Shown piece after piece: positions 30,415 through 39,432 of a DNA stretch of 64,000 nt. The notes beneath the pieces were generated by a model, which saw nothing but the letters and a program-made list of their open reading frames with translations, was not told the origin of the DNA and searched no databases. The stretch lies in IMG/VR virus record IMGVR_UViG_3300027744_000013, positions 32,001-96,000 of that record. The stretch is one strand, 5' to 3'. Every line of letters begins with the position of its first letter. Positions within the stretch are counted from its first letter, which is position 1. The translations under genes were made by a program, and so were the position numbers. Origin of the DNA: a virus.

Positions 30415-31845
30415 ATGAAACAAAATACAGACTACGGCTACGACATACAAAAACTATATTTAGAAATGATGCTGGCTGATGCGGCCACATTTGTACGTTG
30501 CCAATCAATCTTTGATCACACACTATTTGATCGCAAGCTACAGATGTCCGCGGAATTTATGAACACTTATGTTGAAGAACATAATGTCATGCCCACAATT
30601 GACATTGTCAATGCGGCCACTGATGCCAGCTTCAAACCCGCAGAGAATCTACGTGAAGAACACTTTGATTGGTTACTGGCAGACTTTGAAACATTCATCC
30701 GCCATAAAGGTCTTGAGAAAGCTATTCTAGCTTCAGCTGACCTGTTGGAAAAAGGTGAGTACGGCCCAGTAGAAGAATTGGTCAAGAAGGCAGTGCAAGT
30801 TGGATTGCAAAAGGACATGGGCACTGATTACTTTCTAGATCCCCGTGCTCGATTGCTCAAGATCAAAGACAAGAACGGACAGTTGAGCACTGGCTGGAAG
30901 AGTGTAGATGACAAACTGTTTGGTGGTATGAACCGCGGAGAGTTGAATATCTTTGCAGGTGGCTCGGGCGCAGGCAAGAGTTTGTTTCTGGCTAACTTGG
31001 GTTGTAATTGGGCATTGCAGGGTTTGAATGTGGTGTACTTGACATTAGAACTTAGTGAAGAACTAGTGTCAATGCGTGTTGACAGCATGTTAACAGGGAT
31101 CCCGACTAGAGAGATTTTTAAACATCTAGATGATGTCGAGATGAAGGTGAAAGTGATTGGCAAAAAGTCGGGCACCTTCCAAGTCAAGTATATGCCGTCT
31201 GGGAAGACCGCAAATGACTTGCGATCATACTTGAAAGAATATGAAATCAAGACTGATCGTAAAGTAGATGTACTATTAGTAGACTACTTGGACTTGCTCA
31301 TGCCAATCTCAAAGAAGATTAGCCCCGCAGACTTGTTTATCAAGGACAAGTATGTGTCAGAAGAATTACGTAACCTAGCAGTGGAAAAGAACTGTATATT
31401 TGTCACAGCCGCACAGTTGAACCGTGGTGCTGTTGAAGAAGTTGAGTTTGATCACAGTCATATCTCAGGTGGACTTAGCAAGATCCAAACTGCGGATAAT
31501 GTGTTTGGTATCTTCACATCAAGGGCAATGCGTGAACGTGGACGTTATCAAATACAACTGATGAAAACACGTAGTAGCAGTGGTGTGGGCATGAAAATTG
31601 ATCTGGAGTTCAATGTGGACAGTTTGCGTATCAGCGACTGTGAACAAGAAGACTCATATGGCAACAGTACCAGCGCCAGTGCAGGTTCAAGTTTGTTGGC
31701 ATCAATCAAGAATCGTCAAACAGTTGATCCTGCTACAGGTGAATTGGATCCCAACAGTCTAGTGCCCATACCCAAAGTACGTGCCCAAGTTGAAAGTAGT
31801 AAACTACGTGAACTGTTGAATAATCTTCCTAGTGATGACGTATAA
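30415..31845 (+). CDS. Replicative DnaB-like helicase (gp41-like)
   Basis: GGSGAGKS, TLELSE, VDYLDL, AAQLNR, MKTR. Confidence 0.93.
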   Translation: MKQNTDYGYDIQKLYLEMMLADAATFVRCQSIFDHTLFDRKLQMSAEFMNTYVEEHNVMPTIDIVNAATDASFKPAENLREEHFDWLLADFETFIRHKGLEKAILASADLLEKGEYGPVEELVKKAVQVGLQKDMGTDYFLDPRARLLKIKDKNGQLSTGWKSVDDKLFGGMNRGELNIFAGGSGAGKSLFLANLGCNWALQGLNVVYLTLELSEELVSMRVDSMLTGIPTREIFKHLDDVEMKVKVIGKKSGTFQVKYMPSGKTANDLRSYLKEYEIKTDRKVDVLLVDYLDLLMPISKKISPADLFIKDKYVSEELRNLAVEKNCIFVTAAQLNRGAVEEVEFDHSHISGGLSKIQTADNVFGIFTSRAMRERGRYQIQLMKTRSSSGVGMKIDLEFNVDSLRISDCEQEDSYGNSTSASAGSSLLASIKNRQTVDPATGELDPNSLVPIPKVRAQVESSKLRELLNNLPSDDV

Positions 31846-31917
31846 TCTCGCTGTAATGCAGTTTTTGACTCAAAGAGATAAGTACGTATATAATAACACT
31901 AAGGAATTTTTAATATC

Positions 31918-32367
31918 ATGCATCTGTACCACATACGCGACATCAATGATCCACAGGTTCGGGTCATCAAAGATGATCCAGTGCGACCACACATTCCCCT
32001 GGAACAGCGTGTAAACGATCTAGCGGAAATACTGATATTGAAAGCCGGAGAAGAAGTGCTGGCGGCCACATGTATGCAATGGCTACGTGATATCCCCAAA
32101 GATGAACAAGACCTTATTGATCTAGCTGAAACACATGATGTGGCTGTGTTCTATACCATTTGGTCATACAGTCCGGGCGCCGGTGCTGAACTGCTGAGAC
32201 AGGCCGCGGAATGGTTACGCACAGAGTTCAAGGATATTAAAAGCATCGTTACGCTGAGTCCCCCAACTGAAATGGCTCGTAAGTTCCATATGAAGAACGG
32301 TGCCACAGTACACAAGACCAACGAGACCACAGTTAACTACAAGTACTACGATCGAGACGCCGCCTAG
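31918..32367 (+). CDS. Hypothetical, possible GNAT-like fold
   Basis: DDPVRPHI, FYTIWSY.PGAG, TLSP.TEMA..FH.KNGA. Confidence 0.55.
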   Translation: MHLYHIRDINDPQVRVIKDDPVRPHIPLEQRVNDLAEILILKAGEEVLAATCMQWLRDIPKDEQDLIDLAETHDVAVFYTIWSYSPGAGAELLRQAAEWLRTEFKDIKSIVTLSPPTEMARKFHMKNGATVHKTNETTVNYKYYDRDAA

Positions 32368-32378
32368 TATATTGATAT

Positions 32379-32403
32379 CGCGAAGCGCCGCGCAAAAATT
32401 TTA
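32379..32403 (+). repeat. Left copy of CGCGAAGCG-N-CGCGCAAAAATTTTA (inverted copy at 48431-48457)
   Basis: Direct comparison. Confidence 0.75.
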
Positions 32404-32482
32404 CTAAGCTACGAAGTAGCGAGCGGTAAAAGATTTTCTAGCACAATAAAAACCAACAGTTTATCTAGTTATAAATAAACTC

Positions 32483-32671
32483 ATGTTCCCACATTGTGTG
32501 CAGGTATCCTGGAGTAACGCACCCGGTCAAAACGACTGGATCAATCATGTTCTCAGCATAGATGCATGGTTAGATCAGTATGTGGGCCACACAAACTGGC
32601 AGTACACTACCAATGTGATTGCTTTTAGACAAGCCAAACATAAAACACTCTACTTGCTGTACTGGTCATAA
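32483..32671 (+). CDS. Small FxLxW-family protein
   Basis: Ends TLYLLYWS; TAAATA 5 nt upstream. Confidence 0.55.
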   Translation: MFPHCVQVSWSNAPGQNDWINHVLSIDAWLDQYVGHTNWQYTTNVIAFRQAKHKTLYLLYWS

Positions 32672-32754
32672 GAAAAGGGTCTTACAACCCATAAAAAATA
32701 CTGCGCAAAAAAAATTACACCAGTACTTACGCACCACAGGGTGGTGATTTTACT

Positions 32755-32955
32755 CTATTGGAATGTATTATCTTCGGGTGTGCAACGTGGGCATGTGTCA
32801 GCAAAGCGTAGCTGAAATTGGGTATTGATGTGCCCGTGTGGTACCCAAAAGCGTGTGCGATTAAAGTGTACAGAGTGCTTGAGATTACATGCTAGTATAA
32901 ACTGTAGCACTTGAGGGAACTCTGGGTTAAGGGATAAGCAGTAGTATTCGTCCAT
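32755..32955 (-). CDS. Small hypothetical protein
   Basis: TAAATA 4 nt upstream. Confidence 0.55.
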   Translation of the reverse strand: MDEYYCLSLNPEFPQVLQFILACNLKHSVHFNRTRFWVPHGHINTQFQLRFADTCPRCTPEDNTFQ

Positions 32956-32981
32956 AGTGTATTTATACTAATAAATACCAT

Positions 32982-33281
32982 ATGAAGACTTTATTAACAG
33001 CTTGTGTATTTGTAGCCGCTACTGGCACGTTATCAGCACAACCACGTACTCTAAACAAGCCAGTTGTGTGTGATGCAACTGAAAAGGTGTTCAAAACAAT
33101 AGTAGAAGACTTTAAAGAAACTCCACAATGGCAAGGGCGTAACCCGCAACAAGGTACCAGCACAGTGCTGACAGTTAACTTGACTACTGGTGCGTGGACT
33201 TTGATCGAATACACTGATATAACAGCCTGTGTGATTGGTGTGGGTGAGAACAGTTCCTCAGCATGGGGAATCCCCATCTAA
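32982..33281 (+). CDS. Exported small protein
   Basis: Signal-peptide-like N-terminus; TAAATA 4 nt upstream. Confidence 0.65.
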   Translation: MKTLLTACVFVAATGTLSAQPRTLNKPVVCDATEKVFKTIVEDFKETPQWQGRNPQQGTSTVLTVNLTTGAWTLIEYTDITACVIGVGENSSSAWGIPI

Positions 33282-33297
33282 ATATCCATATATAAAC

Positions 33298-33723
33298 ATG
33301 CATGAAGCCAGCACTCCCATGATACGTCAACTATTGGTTGAGTGCTGTGATCGACAGGGTTGGCAATTGCCAGAAGACATAGTTAACTACTGCACTATGG
33401 TACTGGCAGATCATGTGGCCAAACCCAATTGGCAACCAAAACCCAGTTATGCAGAACAATTTATGACTGTGCGCACTGTTGAGCAGTATATCAGTTTGGG
33501 TAACGAATGCTGGTTCACTAGGGCTGTATTTCCGGAGTTGATGATCAAGCGTGGTATTAACAGTAGCTACTATGTGGACATGGGCATGGCCTGCTTTGAT
33601 CAAGTGTTGACAAAAACTGCACATCCCACTGTGCGTAAGATCAGAGATCACTTTGAATTCACTGCTGAAGTAGCGTGGACAGCTATACACGCCAGGGATG
33701 GCTTTCGTAGCATGTGGGATTAA
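33298..33723 (+). CDS. Hypothetical protein
   Basis: ORF after TAAATA. Confidence 0.6.
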   Translation: MHEASTPMIRQLLVECCDRQGWQLPEDIVNYCTMVLADHVAKPNWQPKPSYAEQFMTVRTVEQYISLGNECWFTRAVFPELMIKRGINSSYYVDMGMACFDQVLTKTAHPTVRKIRDHFEFTAEVAWTAIHARDGFRSMWD

Positions 33724-33755
33724 TTCAGTATGAGAAATTACTTCATAAATATAAT

Positions 33756-34283
33756 ATGCGAATAATAGAAATTGTAGAAACAATAGGGCCACACAATAAC
33801 AAAGAGCTGGCATTGATGATCCAAGGTACAAAACCTGCGGCGTTAGTGTTTGATACTGAGTTGACCAAATGGAAGCCTTATATAGACAAGTTTAAATGGA
33901 CAGTGACTTCATTTAAAGACTTTAACGGTGGTGTTAGCTATGCTGTTAGTAAAGATCCAAACGGTGCTAAACAGATAGTACAGTTGTTTCAAACAGCCAC
34001 AACAAGCAAAGTGGGTCCAGAGTTTCATGCACAGTTAGGACGCTTATTAGGCTACAGTGAAAAGGACATTGCTGAGTTTCTAGCACAAAAGACCAGCACT
34101 GGTATACTGGGCAGTACAGGTAGGATCTTGGGTCAGTTGGGTCGTAGCATGTTGAGTGCTGTTAAAGTAGTAGGTGGCGCTGCCGCTACATTGGCAACAT
34201 ATAGTCCGGGACTTAACAGTGGGGAAGATGAAGAACTGGCACGTATACGGGCACAAGGTCCTAGAATTACACCTAGACAATAG
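33756..34283 (+). CDS. Possible internal head protein
   Basis: MRIIEIVE start; GRLLGYSE; hairpin at 34282-34300 follows. Confidence 0.55.
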   Translation: MRIIEIVETIGPHNNKELALMIQGTKPAALVFDTELTKWKPYIDKFKWTVTSFKDFNGGVSYAVSKDPNGAKQIVQLFQTATTSKVGPEFHAQLGRLLGYSEKDIAEFLAQKTSTGILGSTGRILGQLGRSMLSAVKVVGGAAATLATYSPGLNSGEDEELARIRAQGPRITPRQ

Positions 34284-34478
34284 GACCCGAAATGGGTCCT
34301 TGCTCCGCAGTTTGGGCCCGCGCAAAAAATTATAAAGAAGTACTTACAGATTCACCCTGGTGATTTTGCACCTATGGTGGTGAAAAAAGGCATGCGCTGT
34401 TGCTATAAAACAACAGTTGTAAATGTATATGCCCCGACCCCCACCCTGCCTCAAATACCATATCCCCACCGGTCGGTC

Positions 34479-34657
34479 AAAAAAAAGCCCCAACAACCGG
34501 GAGCGAATCGGATTTATATTGGGGCTTCAAGAACCCTTGCCGTTTGGACTTGGATTCTTCCTACTGACTGCTTGCCGGGAGCGAATCGTTGGGCAGTCTA
34601 CTACACGTACAGCTAGCACTCTACGGCGCTATGCTGTACCCGCATACATGCTAGCCC
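34479..34657 (-). ncRNA. Candidate four-hairpin small RNA/3' UTR with two AUUCGCUCC loops, ending in an intrinsic terminator
   Basis: 14-bp repeat at 34497-34510 and 34575-34588 inside stems; final stem followed by U-run on minus strand. Confidence 0.6.
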
Positions 34658-35530
34658 TTAGGCGTTGCGCATACACGTTACTTCTACCACAGCCCGCCAC
34701 TTGGCAGGCATACTTACTCGGATGTCCGCTACCTTGAGCACCATACGCAGGCTCAGCTCACGCATACGATCAGCGTTGGCATTGACAAACTCCACGCACT
34801 CGGCCTTGGCTTCATCAGTCAAATCGTATGCATCCAACATGCCCGCATCACGTACTACCTGTTTGATACGCAACAGCTTCTCACGTTGTGTGTCAATGGT
34901 CAAGTCCAAGTAGTGACAGCGTGACTCTAATGCTTCAAGGTGATCGCGTAGCTTCTTGCTACGCACGTGATCGAACTTGATGTTGGTAATGAAGATCGCA
35001 CCACCCTTGAACTCGAATGAGTTAGGCATGCCTTCTTGCTGTAAGCTACGGCTGTCCGTGTTCCAGCAAATCATACGCTTCTTGCCCGAATCCAGTGCGG
35101 CTTTGAGAATGTTCAAGCTCAAGTCATCTAACAGTACTGAGTCACAGTCATCGAACACCAATATGGATTTCTTGTCTGAGAACTCGTACAGCTTCTTGTA
35201 CAGGCCAATGGCACTCATAGCGCCTTTGACCACTTCGTACTTCTTCAGCTTTGAGTCATTGGCTACATCAGCGAACACATCGTGCTTGCTCAGTACCTTC
35301 TCTACACCAAAGCTCTTGCCCACGCCTGGAGGGCCTGTAACGATCATTGATCTAACATCGCCCTTTTTCACTGCACGGGTCATGTCTTCCAGGATCTCAA
35401 AGCGATCAGCCAAACGTTGCATGATCTCTTCATCTGTTTCTGTTAGTACTTTGTTCACGGGCTCTTGTGCCAATGATTTGGATTCTGCTGTGTCTTTAGC
35501 TAGACTCAATGCTGTATGTACCTTTGCCAT
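34658..35530 (-). CDS. AAA+/P-loop ATPase
   Basis: GPPGVGKS, LVFDDCD, IFITN, ALESR. Confidence 0.85.
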   Translation of the reverse strand: MAKVHTALSLAKDTAESKSLAQEPVNKVLTETDEEIMQRLADRFEILEDMTRAVKKGDVRSMIVTGPPGVGKSFGVEKVLSKHDVFADVANDSKLKKYEVVKGAMSAIGLYKKLYEFSDKKSILVFDDCDSVLLDDLSLNILKAALDSGKKRMICWNTDSRSLQQEGMPNSFEFKGGAIFITNIKFDHVRSKKLRDHLEALESRCHYLDLTIDTQREKLLRIKQVVRDAGMLDAYDLTDEAKAECVEFVNANADRMRELSLRMVLKVADIRVSMPAKWRAVVEVTCMRNA

Positions 35531-35609
35531 CTATCGCTCCTTTGTTACGCTGTTAAAGAATTAATTATATAGTCAAGGGCACTGATAGTCAATGCCCTTT
35601 GGTATGCAA

Positions 35610-35936
35610 TTAGTCCAATCTGCTACCACTGTATGCATTCAAACCCAATGCACGGAGGTACTCTGCGTAGGCATCTGCACCCGCTTCTTTGATGTCTATG
35701 TTCTGCACGGGCAGGTTGCCTGGGTTCCACATGCTAAGGCATTTGGGTTTGTAGTCCTTCTTGAACCCTGCGGCAATCAGCTCTTTGGCCTGCGCAGAGT
35801 TGGTGCGATCAACGAACACGTCTACCCAAGCAAAGCCACATGCGAATGCATCCTTACGGCCCATCTTGTCGTACATGGCAATGCTTGCCTGTTCTGCTAG
35901 TGTCTTACCGCTACGGATCTGTTCTGCTGTAATCAT
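35610..35936 (-). CDS. Early hypothetical protein
   Basis: CGFAWV, SRLD end; own promoter and leader. Confidence 0.8.
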   Translation of the reverse strand: MITAEQIRSGKTLAEQASIAMYDKMGRKDAFACGFAWVDVFVDRTNSAQAKELIAAGFKKDYKPKCLSMWNPGNLPVQNIDIKEAGADAYAEYLRALGLNAYSGSRLD

Positions 35937-35979
35937 AAGTTTCGCTCCTTATTTGTTTGTGTAAGTGTATATTATACGA

Positions 35980-36267
35980 TCAAGCCAGCTCTTTGTCAAC
36001 CACGGTTAACATGTTAGCAGGCACTCTCCAGAGGCCCTGACCGGTGTTGACTGTTACATATTTAATGGCAATCTTGGTAACGAAGCCACGTGTGAGTCGT
36101 CCGGTCTTGCCGGACGTGAACTCCACGTTATCGCCAACTGACATGCTACGTTTGATCTGTTTGGCTAGGTTAGCCCTGTTCCATTTGACCGCATCGATCA
36201 TGCTACGAAGTTCGATGTCTGTCCAAGTGCCCAACATGATTGCGGTGTTGACTTGTTTGATATCCAT
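35980..36267 (-). CDS. Early hypothetical, SH3/KOW-like C-terminus
   Basis: VGDNVEF...G.VTKI...WRVPA. Confidence 0.75.
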   Translation of the reverse strand: MDIKQVNTAIMLGTWTDIELRSMIDAVKWNRANLAKQIKRSMSVGDNVEFTSGKTGRLTRGFVTKIAIKYVTVNTGQGLWRVPANMLTVVDKELA

Positions 36268-36302
36268 TAAGTTCGCTCCTTATTGTTTAAGTAGTTATTA
36301 TA

Positions 36303-36446
36303 TTACCAAAGCGTGGGGTTGTCAACCAGCTTCTTCCTGTTGTGAGCAATGATGCCTTCTTCAATGAACAGGGCCACGGCTAGGATCGCCAGGAAGATCC
36401 ACAAGGGCATGGTGTAGTAGAATGCGTAGAGGATAGCGTCGATCAT
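36303..36446 (-). CDS. 47-aa membrane peptide
   Basis: Read manually: MIDAILYAFYYTMPLWIFLAILAVALF...LVDNPTLW. Confidence 0.55.
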   Translation of the reverse strand: MIDAILYAFYYTMPLWIFLAILAVALFIEEGIIAHNRKKLVDNPTLW

Positions 36447-36640
36447 TGTGCGAACACCTCTTTGCTTAGGATTTCGTCTTCAACGATCTGGTTGCAGGCG
36501 TTGAGTGTCAATTGCATGATTTGGTATGCTGTGGCCTTGGCCTCTACTGGCATGCACTCGATGTAGTCCTGAATCTCCGCTAGTGTGCGGGTTGCAAACA
36601 GACCGCTACAGGGAATTGGGTTATTGATGATATTGTACAT
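36443..36640 (-). CDS. Early hypothetical protein
   Basis: Own promoter and leader. Confidence 0.75.
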   Translation of the reverse strand: MYNIINNPIPCSGLFATRTLAEIQDYIECMPVEAKATAYQIMQLTLNACNQIVEDEILSKEVFAQ

Positions 36641-36696
36641 TAGGTTCGCTCCTTAGTGTGTTTAAGTGTTTATTATACTGCCTTTTGGGCAGGGCG

Positions 36697-36858
36697 TCAA
36701 CCTTGCAGATAGCAAGAATGTATAGTGCATCTGGACCCGTACTGGGCTTGGATCATAGCCTTGGCCCTGAAGTCATCGAATGCTGTGACCTGCGTGGTCA
36801 CCCACTGTAGGCTACTGTCCGCACCTTCAACGCTGAATGTCACTTCGAATAGTCTCAT
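36697..36858 (-). CDS. 53-aa early protein
   Basis: Read manually: MRLFEVTFSVEG...; TAATG coupling; stop lies in next -35 box. Confidence 0.6.
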   Translation of the reverse strand: MRLFEVTFSVEGADSSLQWVTTQVTAFDDFRAKAMIQAQYGSRCTIHSCYLQG

Positions 36859-37124
36859 TACATGCTCCAATAGAGTTCGCTGGATGGGTCACATGAGCGC
36901 GGTGTATCATGTGGAATCTGTATGTCCTTGCCACTCATCAAGTTCTTCACAGTCTTCATTGTGGGGAACGCTTCTGCTCTAAAGCCCTGACCGCTGACTT
37001 CCTTGCACTCGCGAGCCATGCTGGCCTCATCTCTGTCTTGCCAAACTGTAGTTGATACAAGACGTTCACCGGTCTTCTTACGACGGTCCGTCTTGTAGAT
37101 GTACATGGTGTAATCTTGTTTCAT
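36858..37124 (-). CDS. Early hypothetical protein
   Basis: VKNLMSG...TP.SCDPSSELYWSM; own promoter. Confidence 0.8.
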   Translation of the reverse strand: MKQDYTMYIYKTDRRKKTGERLVSTTVWQDRDEASMARECKEVSGQGFRAEAFPTMKTVKNLMSGKDIQIPHDTPRSCDPSSELYWSM

Positions 37125-37168
37125 AAGTTTCGCTCCTTATTGTGTCTGTATGTTAGTATTATAAGGCC

Positions 37169-37873
37169 TTAAGCCACTTCTGTCAATCGGATTACGAAGC
37201 CACTGTAGTCCTTCTTTGCACGACCTTTGGCCTTCAAACCAAGCATGATGCCCTTAGGGTCCAAAAAGCGCAAATCAGTTTCGTCTGCACTGGGTACGCC
37301 TGCGGGGATCTTGTCGTAGACCGCAACCACTGACATGCCTTGCAAGAGCGCATCTGCAACATCCGAATCATTGCCGTCAGCCTTGCTGAAGGTCAAGTGG
37401 TAGTTGGCTAGGTGCTTGACCTTACGACCCAGGACCTTGGTGTAGTCGTAGAACTGAACAAAGGAGAAGTATTCAAAGATGTTCTGTCCTGTGCTGGCTA
37501 CCTTGTACTTCTCCCAGCTCAAGTCTGACGTGCCGTTTAAACGAAACACTGGAGTCAAGCCCTTGCGTTCTGCGAACTTGATGGCCTTAGTGATGTCGTT
37601 AACCAAGTCCTGCATGAAGCCTTCACGGTTGTCAAAGAAGTATTGTGTCTTGCGGATGCGAGCCTTTTGGATCATGTTGGTGTTCTCACCCTTCTTGAAC
37701 ATGCCACCACGTCCTGCGGTGTTAAGGCATGCGGCAATGCAACCCTTTGTGGCCTTTGGGCAAGTGTTCTTGCCTGACAAGTCGCTGGGTGCAAGGTGCA
37801 GGATAAAGCTGAGATAGCCCATCTTAGTACCCTTTTGGATCTTAGGATTGGCAGTGCTGAGTAATTTAAACAT
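37169..37873 (-). CDS. Gp88-family protein (radical-SAM-like Cys motif)
   Basis: CP.A..GC...CL..AGRG, RLNGTSD, FYDYTK, DLRFLDP. Confidence 0.75.
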   Translation of the reverse strand: MFKLLSTANPKIQKGTKMGYLSFILHLAPSDLSGKNTCPKATKGCIAACLNTAGRGGMFKKGENTNMIQKARIRKTQYFFDNREGFMQDLVNDITKAIKFAERKGLTPVFRLNGTSDLSWEKYKVASTGQNIFEYFSFVQFYDYTKVLGRKVKHLANYHLTFSKADGNDSDVADALLQGMSVVAVYDKIPAGVPSADETDLRFLDPKGIMLGLKAKGRAKKDYSGFVIRLTEVA

Positions 37874-37939
37874 TGTTTTCGCTCCAGTGTTTGTTTGTAT
37901 GTAAGTATTATAGCAGGATTGGGCCCACCTGTCAACCGA

Positions 37940-38170
37940 TCAATCCCAGCTTTTCTTGTCCCCAAACTGCTCATTGTACTGATAACCCGCCAAGTAGGCC
38001 TGGATCTCTGTAGGCGTCATTTGGCTCTGATCAACGCGATCGCCGTTGTAAGTACCTTCTGGGTACATATGGGGATCACGTGGGCGATGGTAGTAAGAGT
38101 CTGCTGATCCACGATCGAATGCACCACCGTGCTCTGTATTGTAGTTCTGTTTGGTTTCTAATGTGATCAT
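37940..38170 (-). CDS. Early hypothetical protein
   Basis: HGGAFDRGSADSYY; GGAG RBS. Confidence 0.75.
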   Translation of the reverse strand: MITLETKQNYNTEHGGAFDRGSADSYYHRPRDPHMYPEGTYNGDRVDQSQMTPTEIQAYLAGYQYNEQFGDKKSWD

Positions 38171-38370
38171 ACAGTCTCCTTGACAATCAATTTGCTTAAT
38201 GGGCCAATCAGTTCTAACTCCTTGGGGTTGTACCATGCAACCTTCTGCATAGAACCCTCTGGAATAACTAGGCTAACATCGCCATGGTCGTTTACTTCAG
38301 CAACCACAGCCAGTGTACCGAACTTGGTCCAGACAGCGTCTAGTACCTTAAGGGGCTTCTTCTTGCTCAT
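38167..38370 (-). CDS. Early hypothetical protein
   Basis: ATGA coupling; ends KETV like the upstream gene. Confidence 0.7.
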   Translation of the reverse strand: MSKKKPLKVLDAVWTKFGTLAVVAEVNDHGDVSLVIPEGSMQKVAWYNPKELELIGPLSKLIVKETV

Positions 38371-38744
38371 ACAGTCTCCTTAATGAAATAACGATATGGG
38401 AGGCCTAACAAGAAGCAAAGGTACTCGTCGTCACCATTGCTACCCTCTGCCTCATGGACCCAACGCAGGGCCATCTCACGGTCCTTAGCACCCGTCTGTA
38501 GGAGACCCAGCATACGCATTTCGAAGTCATGCTTGGCTACTTCTTCACGGGCCAATTGCTCTGTATAGTTCTCATCGATGGTCTTGGCCAGGCTAACGAA
38601 CTCAGCTTCGAACTGGGCTTCAGTCCACTCTGTAGTGTCGATACCGCGTGGGCGAACGCCATAGGCATCCTTGTACATATCCCAGAACTGGCAAGCATAT
38701 TGCTCTACGGTACTCATCTCTTCCCAGCTTTTGAATTCATTCAT
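38367..38744 (-). CDS. Early hypothetical protein
   Basis: DMYKDAYGVRPR; own promoter. Confidence 0.8.
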   Translation of the reverse strand: MNEFKSWEEMSTVEQYACQFWDMYKDAYGVRPRGIDTTEWTEAQFEAEFVSLAKTIDENYTEQLAREEVAKHDFEMRMLGLLQTGAKDREMALRWVHEAEGSNGDDEYLCFLLGLPYRYFIKETV

Positions 38745-38906
38745 CTTATGCTCCTTTGTGTGTCTGTATGCTAGTATTATAGCAAAGCCAGCCCAAAGTG
38801 TCAACCACGAGAGTGTTGTATTAATACAACAGGCACCGACCCCGTCCACCCCCCTCTGTTCGACTATGCTAGTATACGATCGGGTGGGGTTTCTGTCAAC
38901 CAAAGA

Positions 38907-38981
38907 TGGTCCGGCGTAACGGAATCGAACCGCTATTTAGGGAGTAGAAATCCCCTGTATTATCCATTATACGAACGCCAG
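38907..38981 (-). tRNA. tRNA-Arg(UCU)
   Basis: Full cloverleaf, anticodon loop TT-TCT-AC, encoded CCA. Confidence 0.92.
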
Positions 38982-38982
38982 A

Positions 38983-39061
38983 TGGTAGGCCCTCCCAGAG
39001 TCGAACTGGGCACCAATGGATTATGAGTCCACTGCTCTAACCAAGCATGAGCTAAGGGCCT
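38983..39061 (-). tRNA. tRNA(CAU), probably Ile2
   Basis: Cloverleaf, loop CT-CAT-AA, Ile2-like body, encoded CCA. Confidence 0.88.
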
Positions 39062-39254
39062 ATGATAATTTAATACGTTCTAACTCTATCAACTCGCCTT
39101 CTTCGTCTTCCTTGTAGATGACGTACTCAGTATGGTACTCATCAATGTTAGCGTCAGCGATTTGACGGGCTTCTTTTAGACTCTTTGTAGTATCAACGAG
39201 ATCTTCATGGCCATCTGCATCAATGGACCAAACCTCATAGAGTTCCCAGTTCAT
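39060..39254 (-). CDS. Acidic early protein
   Basis: Coupled ORF. Confidence 0.65.
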   Translation of the reverse strand: MNWELYEVWSIDADGHEDLVDTTKSLKEARQIADANIDEYHTEYVIYKEDEEGELIELERIKLS

Positions 39255-39429
39255 CTTTCGTGCTTTCGTAGTTTAGGAGGTCACAGAGCTTGATTGCTAT
39301 CTGCTCTGCTTCGTGCTGGTTATCGCGAGCGATAACGCATAAGACGCGGCCTTTCGGGTGACTCTCGAAGTCTCGTATGACAACCTTGTTGTCTCCGTAA
39401 TCGTCACTTAGAGAGCACCCGTACCGCAT
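39235..39429 (-). CDS. Early hypothetical protein
   Basis: Coupled ORF. Confidence 0.6.
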   Translation of the reverse strand: MRYGCSLSDDYGDNKVVIRDFESHPKGRVLCVIARDNQHEAEQIAIKLCDLLNYESTKDELGTL

Positions 39430-39432
39430 TAA

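Noticed and set aside
11570-31845. Introns or inteins in terminase, UvsX, UvsW, primase or helicase
   Set aside because: All are uninterrupted and of normal length
34374-34913. Plus-strand ORFs 34374-34616, 34423-34737 and 34665-34913
   Set aside because: No RBS or recognisable protein; they overlap the hairpin RNA and the minus-strand ATPase
38907-38981. Amber-suppressor tRNA (CTA in the loop) and a recoded genome
   Set aside because: Stem register places TCT at 34-36; long genes are intact in the standard code and TAG and TGA both serve as stops
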